From contig CM059432.1 in assembly GCA_030390025.1 (NCBI GenBank), forward strand, positions 7,688,001-7,752,000: DNA of 64,000 bases, given 5' to 3'. The notes below the pieces were generated by a model. The model saw only the letters and a program-made list of their open reading frames with translations. It ran no database searches and was not told the DNA's origin. A program made the position numbers and the translations under genes. This DNA is from Squalus acanthias (taxonomy: Eukaryota). Positions 47,562 through 59,995 of this stretch are shown here, in pieces. How positions within the stretch are numbered: position 1 is the stretch's first letter; each line of letters starts with the position of its first letter.

Positions 47562-48750
47562 ATTGTGTTTAATAGGAGTTTAGGACGGAATATAACAGAC
47601 TAGTAATACAGCAAAAACATACGACCGTGACAAGCAGCTGGTACCAGACCCGATCGGACAGACGGCTGGCGTATGTGAATAGTTCTCTGACTTGCGGCCT
47701 CTCTTCCTTTTGCTTTTGACTGGTGAGCATGGGATCACTCTCGAAAGAGCGCTCAACCAGCCCAACTTCTGCTTGGCTCTCCCCTCCACCGTCTGCATGG
47801 GCAAGGCCTCAGGGTGTTACTTTTATTCCCTTTTTAGGGGTGGGATTGAGGCCAAGTTATTGAAAAGACCATTTAACCTATAGAGGTTCCCCATACACCT
47901 CATCACCCAATGGGGGCGTCAAGTTCTTTGTCTCAATTCTTGGATGAAAGCCCTTCCCCAAAAGGTTCCTCATGATCTCCTCCAATTTATCTTTCTTATT
48001 TTTACATTTTGAAGGTTCCTCCATTGGAATTCGTCTTATCTCTCTTAGCCACCATCCTCTTGGGTAAAATTGGTACTCAGCCTGGTCTTCAATCAAGGGG
48101 CCCAAGTCAGAGCAGTCCTGCTCATCCTGCCTTTATCCAAACTATCTCCCCTTTAATCTAACTAATGAAAAAGACTGTCTCAAATTCTAATGCAAGTTTT
48201 CCAGGAAAGTGAAGCTTATGCAATCCCCTTACTTGTCTCGAGCAGAAACATCCAATCATTTAAACACAGTGTTATTCGCGCAGCCGTATACATTTTTAGG
48301 CACCCCTAGTTTCTAACAAATAGCAATTAATTTTCTTCTTCTTTCCTTTCACAAGGAGCTCGCGTTCCGTACAAATAAATCTCCGCAACCCTCCCCCCCA
48401 CCCCCGCAAAATTATTATACATCATTAAACCAACCCAGAGCTCCACAGATTTATGCGATATTACTATATTAGTAAACATTAAGAAATAAACCACCAGAGA
48501 TTTCTGCGCAGAAGGCAGCTTCCGGTTCGTTGGCAGCAGCCACTCTGATGTTATAGATTTGTGCTCGAGGCAGGGAGCTTTGCCCCCCAGGAGGGTATCT
48601 GAGGTAGTTGGACGATTTCCTGTCCAGTATTTAGTGAATGGAAATTATGGGGAGAACACGGCCTAATTCCTGACCTGTGCTCCCAGCAAGGGTGAAGCTC
48701 CATCAGGCGAATTTGTAAAATGACCCCTTCCGAGCGTTCAAAGAATTGCT

Positions 48751-49388
48751 GGGGTCGAAATTCGTCTCGTGCAGTGGCGCAAAACGGGCGGTATCGGATC
48801 GTCCGCCCGCTATACGCAGCCCCTGATAGTGTCAGCCGTGGTTCAGTGAGTGGCACCTTCGCCTCTGAGTCAGAAGGTTGTGGGTTCAAGTCCCACTCCA
48901 GAGTCTTGAGCACATAAATCTAGGCTGACACTCCAGTGCAGTGCTGAGGGAGTGCTGCACTGTCAGAGGTGCCGTCTTTCGGATGAGACGTTAAACCGAG
49001 GCCCCGTCTGCCCTCTCGGGTATATGTAAAATATCCCACAGCCACTATTTTAAAGAAGAGCAGGGGAGTTACTCCTGGTGTCCCTGGGGCCAATATTTAT
49101 CCCTCAATCATCATCACTAAAACAGATTATCTGGTCATTATCACATTGCTGTTTGTGGGAGCTTGCTGTGCGCAAATTGGCTCCGCATTTCCTACATTAC
49201 AAAAAGTACTTAATTGGCTGTAAAGCGCTTTGGGATGTCCTGAGGTCATGAAAGGAGCTATAGAAATGCAAGTCTTTCTTTCTTTTTTCCATTGACTGCA
49301 ATGGAGCTGAACATTGGGCGGTGTGTACACAGGCGGCCAATGCGGTACTGCCCGTTTTGCGCCCCCGCAGGAGACCAATTTCTAACCC
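48751..49388. mobile_element. Short palindromic MITE with ~70-bp imperfect TIRs, split by a Deu-SINE (48829-49288)
   Basis: GGGGTCGAAATTCGTCTCGTGCAGTGGCGCAAAACGGGC versus GCCCGTTTTGCGCCCCCGCAGGAGACCAATTTCTAACCC. Confidence 0.78.
48829..49288 (+). mobile_element. Full-length Deu-SINE
   Basis: A/B boxes, core and tail. Confidence 0.92.
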
Positions 49389-50098
49389 GTCACGTTCTCA
49401 AAGAAGGACAGCAATTCCAGCGTAAAGTCTCTGGTTATATAAACAAAGAATTCGAGTTCTTTGAACGTGCAATAAGATATTTTAAAACAAATCCTTTCTC
49501 TAGTGGAGGAATACAGTACACCTGAATGATTCTCATAGGCAGCAAAGCCATCGACTAGATTAGTTCATTCAAAAGAAATGTGCGCTCGTGCACTGATTCA
49601 TTCTTCAAATTGTGTTTGCTTGATAGGAATGACGAGATAAATGTAACACTGTGGCTAAGGCAGATTAACTCCCACTGCCGGATGTGAGCTGGAAGTAATG
49701 AAAAAGCAATAGGAACTGGAATGGGGGAGAGGAAGTCATTGACCAGAATAATTATTGGATGTTGAGCTCTTGGGATACTTAAATATTTTGAGAAGGCTAT
49801 AATAATAATAATTCTTTCCTTCACCTATGCTCCCATTTAAAGGAATAGCTAAACAAAATTGCTGTAAACTTTTCGTGCCCTTTATTAGCCGGCCAAGTGT
49901 ACAGGGAGATGGAGCACCCTTCCCTTGTAGTAAGTAGGCTGCACGTTAAGTGAAAATGATCGACTGCATCTTCTGAACTAACTTCTCTTCTTCATTTATC
50001 TATAATCTCCTCCTGAAGATGGTGACGTGCCACAATTCGTTTTGTTGGACAGTTCATTTGATTGAGGCCTTTTAGGATTATGAAAGGAATTGATAGGG

Positions 50099-50566
50099 TT
50101 TTTTTTTAATTCATTCACGTGATGTGGGCAAGGCCGGCATTTATTGCCCATCCCTAATTGCCCTTGAGTAGGTGGTGGCGAGCCATCTTCTTGAACCACT
50201 GCAGTCCGTGGTACTTCTTTGTAGCGGTTTTGGCACAACTGAGTGTCTTGCTAGGCTATTTCAGAGGGCAGTTAAGAGTCAACCACCTTGCTGTGGGTCT
50301 GGAGTCACATGTAGGCCAGACTGGGTAAGGACAGCAGATTTCCTTCCCAAAGGATATTTTCGAGCCAGATGGGTTTTTGTGACAATCTGGTAGTTTCATG
50401 ATCACCATTACTGATACTAGTTTTGTATTCCAGATTTATTTAATTAACTGAATTAAAATTCCCCAGCTGCCATGGTGGAGATTTGAACTCACACCCCTGG
50501 CTCATTAGTCGAGGTCTATACTGGATAACTAGTCCAGTCACATAACCACTATGCTACCACACCCCC
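50099..50566 (-). mobile_element. SINE family B, full length with LINE-B tail
   Basis: Antisense head at ~50470-50566 and tail at 50099-50210. Confidence 0.85.
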
Positions 50567-50569
50567 AGC

Positions 50570-50905
50570 TTAAAGGGTAGATAGACAGAAACTTTTTCCA
50601 CTGGTGCGGACGTCTCGGACAAGGGGACATAACCTTAAAATCAGAGCCAGGGCATTCAAGAGAGAAGTTAGGAAACACTTCTTCACGCAAAGGGTGGTAG
50701 AAGTGTGGAACTCTCATACAAATAGCAGTAGATGCTAGCTCAATTAATCATTTTAAATCTGAGCTCGTATGGGGATGGATCTGAGGGTATTAAGGGATAT
50801 GGAGCCAAGGAGGGTGGATGGAGTTAGGATACAGATCAGCCATGATCTAATTGAATGGCAGAACAGGCTTGAGGGGCTGAATGGCCTCATCCTGTTCCTA
50901 TGTTC
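50570..50905 (+). mobile_element. CR1 3' fragment
   Basis: ORF end and 3' UTR. Confidence 0.82.
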
Positions 50906-51046
50906 ATACATTTAGCTTTGGCAGATATTTGGTGATGGGGAGAGGGCCTCACAGCCAGACTTGATCTTGCCTTATCTAAAATGTACAAGTACCACACAGG
51001 CACACCCCAACCCAGCCCACCCCCCCCCCCCACCTCATCCCCCCCA

Positions 51047-51048
<2 letters not shown>

Positions 51049-51085
<37 letters not shown>
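51049..51085. repeat. (CA)n microsatellite
   Basis: Direct reading. Confidence 0.95.
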
Positions 51086-51086
<1 letters not shown>

Positions 51087-51129
51087 CTAACAATCACTTA
51101 AAGGCAATCAACACCAGGAAGCTTAGCTA

Positions 51130-51537
51130 GACTGTGGAGAGACTAGAGAGGCTTGGATTATTATCCTTAGAAGGTTAAGGGGAGATTCATTAGAGATGTT
51201 CAAAATTATGAAGGGTTTTGATAGAGTAAATAAAGAGAAATCGTTGGTAGCCAGAGGATACAGATTTAAGGTATTTGGAAAAAGAACCAGAGGAGAGATG
51301 AGTAGATTATTTTTTACGCAGCGAGTTGTTGTGATCTGGAATGCGCTGCCTGAAAGGATGGTGGAAGCAGATTCTATAGTAACTTTCAAAAGGGAATTGG
51401 GTGTATACTTGAAAAGGAAAAACTTGCAGGGATATGGGGAAAGAGCTGGGGGAGTGGGACTAATTGGATAGCTCTTTCAAAGAGCCAGCACAGGCACGAT
51501 GGGCCGAATGGCCTCCTTCTGTGCTATACGATTCTAT
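51130..51537 (+). mobile_element. CR1 3' fragment
   Basis: ORF 51196-51471 FFTQRVVVIWNALP. Confidence 0.88.
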
Positions 51538-53041
51538 GGGCTAGAAATTCATTAATAGCCCAGGAATAGGCAGTATCTTTAGAAAAGTTTGAGAATTAGC
51601 GCCAGGCGCTAATGCTTTAGACTGCTCGCAAAATTCATTCTCACTGCTCAAAGAAATGATTGGGGCGCTAAATCAAGTCTTAAAGGCCTAGCTCAGTGGT
51701 GTTACACTCAAAGGGTGGACCAATATCGGGTGCAGTCTAATCTCAACTCAACATGGCCACAGGCTTTTCCCAGTACTTAAAGGGGAGGTTCATTGATGCT
51801 GCAGCACCTCATTCTCAGCATTGCTGGCTGTGCAGCTGACTCAGCAAGGAGAAGCACAACAAGGCGAAGGAGCCAGAGGACTGAAGCTGGTGTGCTCATA
51901 GCAGATCCACCTCAGTCGGGTGGTCAGGGTGATTGAATGCTTCAATAAATGCTACACACCACCACCTGTACCACAAGCTTCATACTCTGCCCAAAGCACC
52001 ACATCCCCAGCACTCACCCACCAACAATCTCTACTTACCAACACTCACACCCACATCTCACGCCTAGCACACAATGACAGCTATTCAACTATGGCAGGAA
52101 CAAGGGTCATTAGTCATTAGAATGAATGTGATATATGTGATATGTTTATGCATACATTCATTCGTGGAGTTAACAATATTTTGTGGTCATTTCACCTTTG
52201 TGCCCAGGAGGACGCTGTGATATGGCATGACACAGGGATGGTATGATGGTCATGTGGTGAGCAAAAGGGATCTGGGGTTTAAGTCATCCTGGTGTGAGGC
52301 TGGAGGTCTGTTTGGAGGAGGTGGCAGAGTTCTGTGACCACCACCTTGGTGACGCGGTGCCATCTAATACACTGCTCCTCGCTTAATTGAAGGTAGGAGA
52401 GGTGCTGTCGGAATACCCTCGGAGGGTAAGGCCTCCTGGTGAAAGCCCTGATGTATCCTCCTCAGCCCTCTGCGCACATGTTCCCATATTTCTCGCTGCC
52501 TACGCTCCTTCCGCCGTAGATCCTGGAAGTCGAGGTGGCGCCAGTACAGCCCCCATTAATGTTGCCAAGTGTAGCAGTTTGAATCTTTGAACAATAAATG
52601 TAGGCACTTTGCACTTGCCAGAGCACTGCTGATAAAAAAGAACCTTGAAATTACTCATACAAAGTGATCCACTGGCTGAAACTGTCAAGAAACCATTGAA
52701 ACTAACCTGCCCTGACAGCTGCGAGTGATTAATGCTGATGCCTTTAAATAACGTTGCTGGAGCCGGCTTCCTGCAGCTGTGCGCCTGCTCTCCCTGTCGC
52801 TGTCTGGTCGAGGCGCTAAGGTAGGTGGTGAAAATCAATTTTGCAGATCACGCTCACTAACGTCGCGGTCTGCCTGCCTTTGAAGTCCCCGGCGGTAACT
52901 CGTACTGGTGGCGCAACGGGGGGGGGGGGGATAGGTGGGGGACCGGATTTGCCGTGCGTCGCTGAATTCGCCTTGCCCCGGCGCTACTGCATCAGCTGCT
53001 GGCACTAACGGGAGGCGCTAACCAACTGCATTTTTACCCCC
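51538..53041. mobile_element. Internally deleted Harbinger element retaining the transposase N-terminus (minus strand ~52285-52440)
   Basis: Ends GGGCTAGAAATT / ATTTTTACCCCC, encodes RRPYPPRVFRQHLSYLQLSEEQCIRWHRVTKVVVTELCHLLQTDLQP, and 52205-52285 matches 42068-42148. Confidence 0.78.
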
Positions 53042-53086
53042 TACGGACCCATACTGAGATACTGCAATGCATCTATTGTTACCCTG

Positions 53087-54796
53087 TGTAGGGGGTGGTG
53101 GTTTGTGTCAGTTTCACCTCTGACTTCTGAGCGGCTCGAATCGCTCCCATTCCCTTGCTTCTAGACCTTGGACTTATTTGGGGGTTGTGATACAAAGGTG
53201 CAGCAGACAACTGAGTTTGATGAAAGAACTTCAATCTTTATTAAAGAAAGTAAAACACAACACAAACACTCTTAACACTCTAAAGGTGGGGAACACTTCG
53301 GTACAAGCGAGGGAAATGACAGTAGAACAATACTTCACCCCCCCCAACCCCACTTTACTAGCTAAGTTAGGTTTTGAAGGACCAGGGATAATGCTCACCA
53401 ATCCTTTGACAGTTGGGCTAAATCGCGGTTTTGGGGTTCGCTGTTTATGGCGGTTAGTGTCTGCCGTACCCCATACACGGTAGAGGACTTCACCTGGGTC
53501 TCTGGTCAGTCTTCGCGAGTCCGCTGATGCGGTAGGATGTCGTTGTAGATTTATCTGGTGAGTACCCAATTTCTTTAGTTGAGTAGCAGGGCTTAGAGTC
53601 TTTGGGGAAAATCTTACCCAGGGGTAAGTCAGGTGTAGTTTGTAATGTGGAAACTTTGCGATTCTTCGGGTTTTCTTCCTCTTGGAGTTGGTCTTTGTTG
53701 GTCGCGGTGGCCTGCGATTACCCGGTCAGTTGGGGGTAATGCGCGGTTGTTAGTTTCGTGAGGCCCTTGGTTTCCGCGATGGCTTTAGGCCTTGTTTTGT
53801 GTGTCGGTCGACCTCGTGGAGCCGTCGGTGACTTGTTGCTGCTTGTTGCTCCGGGTGACTGTGTTGGGGCCGTTGTTGGAGGTCCGTCGAGGTGGTGTCT
53901 TCGCGAGCTGGACTCAGGTGTATCTGAGTGGTGAGCGATGCCGACTCGCTTCCAGCTCGGGCCTTCTTCTTCTTGGTCTCTTCTTCTGATGATCACCGGT
54001 TGCGACTGACTGCTCGACCCAACGACTTTGAACTGTGCTGTCTCTCTTCCTTTCCTTCCTTTCCTTCTCCTGTGTGCTTGGTGGGCCTTCAATTATACAG
54101 AATTGAAGTGACCTTATCTACCCACCAAATCTACTCGGTTCATTGTCTAGTTTTGGCGGGCTCGTAAATCGGTAACGACTTACTAGCATGTTAACTGGGT
54201 TTTTAACAGGCCTTCAATCTCACCCATTGAACATGGCCTTATCTACCCGCCAAATCTGCTCAGTTCATTGTCTGAATTTGGCGGGCCTGTTACCAGTAAC
54301 TGCTCTGTAAGTGTCAAATGGGTTTTGGGATGGTTTGCATCCTGTCGATCTCCTTAGCTGATCACTGGTGATTGGTTTTGTGTTTTGTGTTTCTAGGCTG
54401 GACTCAGCCTTTTCTATAGCCTAGTCCTGGGTGATTTGTATTATGCATGTTTCCTGATGGGCCCTGTAATCGGTTTGATGCGACTTGTTGTTTTGGGTGG
54501 GACTGTCTTCTCCTAGGGTCTAGTGTCAAAATGTTAATGCTTGCTGGGGCTTTGAGTGAGGTTTCCTGGTTCCCCAGACATTGCAATTAACTGCAATACC
54601 CAGAAACTGCTTTTACAGAATTTGAACCCACCTTTTGTTCCTTTACAGGCCCAGACATAGTTTCAAAATGCCAAAACGTGGTTTTTGGTCTTACAGCCTC
54701 TTATGTTAGGCCCAAATACTATATTATCACTCTGAGGTAGTTCCAAAGTCCTTTTTCCTTAGGTTTTGGGGATCTGCAAATTTTGGAAACCTTACA
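53087..54796 (-). mobile_element. Solo LTR (1710 bp) of an LTR retroelement or ERV
   Basis: TGTAGG...CCTTACA termini, exact CCTG TSD (53083-86 and 54797-800), minus-strand AATAAA at ~53237-53242. Confidence 0.78.
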
Positions 54797-55519
54797 CCTG
54801 CCTGAGACCAGCTAACGTATAACAAACCAGAGATTAAACTCATAACCTTTCTGGCCTGTATAGCTCAGTGACACATTTAACCGTTGAGCCATCAGGCAGC
54901 CAGTGGAGTTTTCTTGATGTATTTTCCGTAGCAGTGTAAAGCACTATTTCAGCGTGCTGAATGAATACTAACGCAGCCATCTTAGTCAGTTACTGCTGTG
55001 TTTGTGTGCAAGGCATTTATCGGTTCTTCATGGCCTTGAAATGCATAAATGAGAGAGAATTCATTTCAGTCCCAGAAGGAAGAAGCACCGCTTTAATTAT
55101 TTAATATTTTGCTCAGAAAAACAAAAAAGACTAAAACCATTTTGCAATATTCACAGCCAGAGATAAGTGTATTTTATAAAGCACCACTATAGGGTAAAGC
55201 TCCATAATCACCTCATTGTAGAATTGCCTCAACGTTAATGATGCTGTGTTACAAAATGATAATTCTTTTCACAAGTTTCTGTGTAAAATGAAGCACATTA
55301 AAATACCTCTATCCTTTGACTGGTTTCCCAATTGCAGCTATAATTTTGCTAATGATTTCCTGAACCATGGAGAGGCTGAGGCACTGAGATGTGACACTTG
55401 ATTCGCGCTTCCAGTCCCCCCCCCGCCCCCACACAACTGGAGCTCTGCCAGATGTTAAGCGTGGAGACTCCCTCAGTCGGTGAGGCTAACCAGATCTAGT
55501 TCAAAAAGGCACTTTTATT

Positions 55520-55808
55520 CATGCCACCACGGCAGCTGGGGAAATTTAAATTCAGTTAATTAAATAAATCTGGAATAAAAAGCTAGTATCAGTAATGGTG
55601 ACCATGAAACTACCGGATCGTCGTAAAAACCCAACTGGTTCACTAATGTCCTTTAGGGAAGGAAATCTACCGTCCTTACCTGGTCTGGCCTATATGTGAC
55701 TCCAGACCCACAGCAATGTGGTTGACTCTTAACAGCCCTTTGAAATGGTCCAGCAAGGCAATTAGAGATGGGCAATAAATGCTGGCCACATCCCGTGAAC
55801 AAAAAAAC
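55520..55808 (+). mobile_element. SINE family B, 5'-truncated
   Basis: Body and LINE-B tail. Confidence 0.85.
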
Positions 55809-55936
55809 CCTCAAAATTCACATTTGGTACTCATTTTTAAGGAATCCCTAAATTTAGAGATATGCAACAGAGACAAAAATATTGTACAATTTTCCTGTGT
55901 CCCAAAATTACTTTTATTTATACTGATAAATGTTTA

Positions 55937-56150
55937 GGTGTCAGCCATGGCTCGGTGGGTTACACTCTCGCCTCTGTGTTGAAAGGTCGTGGGTTCAAGT
56001 CCCTCTCCAGAGACTGGAGCACAAAAATCTAGGCCGACACTCCAGTGGAGTGCTGCACTGTCGGAGGTGCCGTCTTTCGGATGAGACGTTAAACCGAGGC
56101 CCCGTCTGCTCTCTCTGGTGGATGTAAAAGATCCCAGGGTCACTATTTTG
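55937..56150 (+). mobile_element. Deu-SINE 5' half
   Basis: Head and core, truncated by a CR1. Confidence 0.85.
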
Positions 56151-56151
56151 T

Positions 56152-57071
56152 AATATATCCCAAGTTTGCTGATGATCCAAAGCTGGGTGGGAATGTAAGT
56201 TGTGAGGAGGACGCAAGGAGGCTTCAAGGAGATATAGACAGGAGAGTGGTGAGTGGGTAAGAACATGGCAAATGGAATATAATGTGGAGAAATGTGAAGT
56301 TATCCACTTTGGTAGGAAAAATAGCAAAGCAGAGTATTTTTTAAATGGTGAGAGATTGGGAAATGTTGGTGTTCAGAGGGACCTGGGTCTCCTTGTACAT
56401 GAATCACTGAAAATTAACACGCAGGTACATCAAGCAATTAGAAAAGCAAATGGTATATTGGCCTTTATTACAAGAGGATTCGAGTATAAGAGTAAAGACG
56501 TCTTACTGCAATTATATAGGGCCCTGGTGAGACCACACCTGGAGTATTGTGTACAGTTATGGTCTCCTTACCTAAGGAAGGATATACTTGCCATAGAGGG
56601 AGTGCAACGAAGGTTCACCAGACTGGTTCCTGGAATGGAGGGGATTGTCCTATGAGGACAGATTGCGTAGACTAGGCCTATATATTCTCTAGAGTTTAGA
56701 AGAATGAGAGGTGATCTCATTGAAACATACAAAATTCTTACAGGACTTGACAGGGTAGATGCAGGGAGGATGTTTCCCCTGGCTGGGAGTCTAGAACCAG
56801 GGGCCATTTAGGACTGAGATGAGGAGAAATTTCTTCACACAGAGGGTGGTGAATCTTTGGAATTCTCTACCCCAGAGGGCTGTGGAGGCTCAGTCGTTGA
56901 GTATATTCAAGACAGAGATCGATAGATTTTTGAATATTAAGGGAATCAAGGGATATGGGGATAGTTCAGGAAAGTGGAGATAAGGTAGAAGATCAGCCAT
57001 GATCTAACTGAATGGTGGAGCAGGCTCGTGGGGCTGAATGCCCTACTCCTGCTCCTATTTCTATGTTCTTA
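56152..57071 (+). mobile_element. CR1 ORF2 3' fragment
   Basis: SKFADD, ORF 56272-56655 and 3' UTR. Confidence 0.9.
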
Positions 57072-58058
57072 TGGGATGGTGACGGTAAAGAAGGTAGGCC
57101 GAGGAATAGTGATTGGTGGGGATGCCGGAGAGCAAAATATTGGAGAGCGGGGAGATGACAGGTGGCATGGCCAGGCAAGGGGAAGAGAGGGAGAATTGGG
57201 CTTGAGAAAGACTGAAAAATGTTGACAGATGCAGTGGGCTTGGGCCCGGAGCAGCAGTCAATGTGCGCTCGCCAATGGACACAGAGGGAATTCTGAAATA
57301 CAGTGACGTGACAGAGATGAGGTGAAGCTGTTTTAAACTGAGGGCAGGGAGAAGAGGATATCAATCATTGCAGAACTTAAGTCTGAAGCATCGGAAGATG
57401 TGGTGTGGTGAAGTCCAATTTGTAGACAGGCTGCAGGGGAACTTGAAGCAGCCACTGACCATCGAAGGGGAAAGGTTTAGGTTTGGAGCCATGAGAGGAG
57501 GTGAATCCAGGAGTTGAATGTCGCTGAGGGGCTGGTCGAGGTTGAAACCTGAAAGCTCTCTGAATTCGGGGAGTCAAAGGAAGAACAGAGAGTTGTCCAG
57601 GAGATGGCAAAGGTTGATCCAGGGGTCAAGTGGAGGTACAAAGTAGATTCAGATACTAACAGTGGAGACAGGCAGGTGTGAGGCACCAGAAAAAGAGCTT
57701 GGGCAATGGTGGAGTGGAAGAGAAATTTAGGAGTCAAGAGTAGGGAAGACCAGGGAACCAGTGGAGATGTTCTTTGGAGGAGCTGTAGGACCTTGATGTG
57801 GACATGAGACCAGGAGCAGGTTCCTATGGAGACAGTTGAAAACCAGTCAAATACCGTTCTCAAATAATGAAATATGAACATGTTATTGAGAAACAAGCAG
57901 AAAAAAGGCAAGAAATTTGACCTTAGACAGAACTTGCATTTATTTAGCACCTCATCGTCCTCTCAGGATATCTCAAAGCACTTTACAACCAATAATACTT
58001 TAGAGGTGCAGCTACTGTGGGAAAACGTACCAGCTAATTTGTACTTGGCAAAGTCTTA

Positions 58059-59995
58059 GGCCGGAATTTTCCCCATAAAAAACGGGTGGGTTTGGAGCGT
58101 GGGGTGCAGTTAAATTGTTAAAAGTGGGATTCCTGCCCTAATCCTGCCCACTTCCGGTTTTCCCGGAGGCGGGACGGGGGGGCGGTGAGGAGCGGGGAGC
58201 GGGCAACGAACACACTGCCAGGGGACGGAACGTCAATTTAAATATTGTAATGAGGCTGGAAGCCTCTATTTTCCCCTCCATTTTAAACTTAACTGCCTGG
58301 GGACGGGTTTCACCCAAGTTGTGAAACCCGGCAGTTAAGCTGTGGTGGGGACTGCTGCATCCAGGAGGTAAGTGGCTTTATACCAACCTCCTGGATTCAG
58401 GGAACCCCTCACGAAGTCTCCGACCACCACCATGAGGCCTCACCCTCCCCAGCCCCAGGCCTACCACCCCCACCAATGATGATGAAGCCAGCCACGATCC
58501 TCCGCTCCTCCCCACTCCCTGGGCAAACCCCCCCGATCACCGACCCCTCCCCCGATCACTGACTCCTCCCGATCACTGACCCCCCGATCACTGACCCCTC
58601 TCGATCACTGAACCCCCTCCCCCGATCACTGACACCTCCCGATCACTGAACCCCCTCCTCCGATCACTGAACCCCCCCTGATCACTGACCCCCCTCCCCT
58701 GATCACTGACCACCCCTCCCCCGATCACTGACCCCTCCCCTGATCACTGACCCCCCTCCCCCGATCACTGACCCTCCCCCGATCACTGACCCCCCTCCCC
58801 GATCACTGACCCCTCCCTGATCACTGACCCCCCTCCCCCGATCACTGACCCCTCCCCGATCAGTGACCCCCCTCCCCTGATCACTGACCCCTCCCCTGAT
58901 CACTGACCCCTCTCCCGATCACTGACCCCCCTTCCCCCAATCACTGACCCCTCCCCGATCACTGACCCCCCTCCCCCGATAACTGATCCCTCCCCCGATC
59001 ACTGACCCCTCCCCTGATCACTGACCCCCCCTCCCCCGATCACTGACCCCCCTCCCCGATCACTGACACCCCCCCCCGATCACTGATCCCCCCTCCCCCG
59101 ATCACTGACCCCACTCCCCCGATCACTGACCCCTCCCCCGATCACTGACCCCTCCCCCAATCACTGACCCCCCTCCCCGATCACTGACCCCTCCCCCGAT
59201 CACTGACCCCCCTCCCCCGATCACTGACCCCTCCCCCGATCACTGACCTCCCCTCTCCCGATCACTGACCCCTCCCCCGATCACTGACCCCTCCCCCGAT
59301 CACTGACCCCCCCCCGATCACTGACCCTCCCCCGATCACTGACCCACCCTCTCCTGATCACTGACCCCCCTCCCCGATCACTGACCCCTCCCCCCAATCA
59401 CTGGCCCCCCTCCCCCGATCACTGACCCCTCCCCCGATCACTGACCTCCCCTCTCCCGATCACTGACCCCTCCCCCGATCACTGACCCTCCCCCGATCAC
59501 TGACCTCCCCTCTCCCGATCACTGACCCCTCCCCCGATCACGGACCCCTCCCCCGATCACTGACCCCCCTCCCCCGATCACTAACCCTCCCCCCGATCAC
59601 TGACCCTCTCTGATCACTGACCCTCCCCGATCTATGACCCCTCACCCGATCACTTACGCCCCTCCCCCGATCACTGACCCCTCCCCCGATCACTGACCCC
59701 TCCCCCGATTACTGACCCCCCCCTCCCATGATCACTGACCCCTCCCCCGATCCTGAACCCTGGACCGGTGACACCGACTGAGACCTACGGGCTCTAGCGG
59801 GCAGCTAGCCAGCCTCACAAGCTAGCTGGCCGCGGGCGGGAATCCGAGGCCTGAGATTCAAATTAGGTCCTGACGGTAAAATCGGCAGGGCCTGTGGGAA
59901 ACACGGCCTCCCGGGTTCCCCGCCCACCTCAGAGCACCCAACCCCCCACCCCCCACCCCGTCCCCAACCCGCCTCCCTGGCGAAAATCACCACCC
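58059..59995. mobile_element. Harbinger-type non-autonomous element carrying a minisatellite
   Basis: Ends GGCCGGAATTTT / AAAATCACCACCC, subterminal similarity to M2. Confidence 0.62.
58535..59760. repeat. ~19-21-bp C-rich minisatellite (GATCACTGACCCCTCCCCC)n, about 60 units
   Basis: Direct reading. The core is nearly invariant and the C-run lengths vary. Confidence 0.97.

Noticed and set aside
57072..57860. Purine-rich region with 157-aa and 123-aa minus-strand ORFs
   Set aside because: Probably a highly decayed L2-like 5' region, with no motif strong enough to call
58535..59760. Regularly spaced repeats suggestive of a CRISPR array
   Set aside because: The spacers are just C-runs rather than unique sequences, there are no cas genes, and the context is eukaryotic
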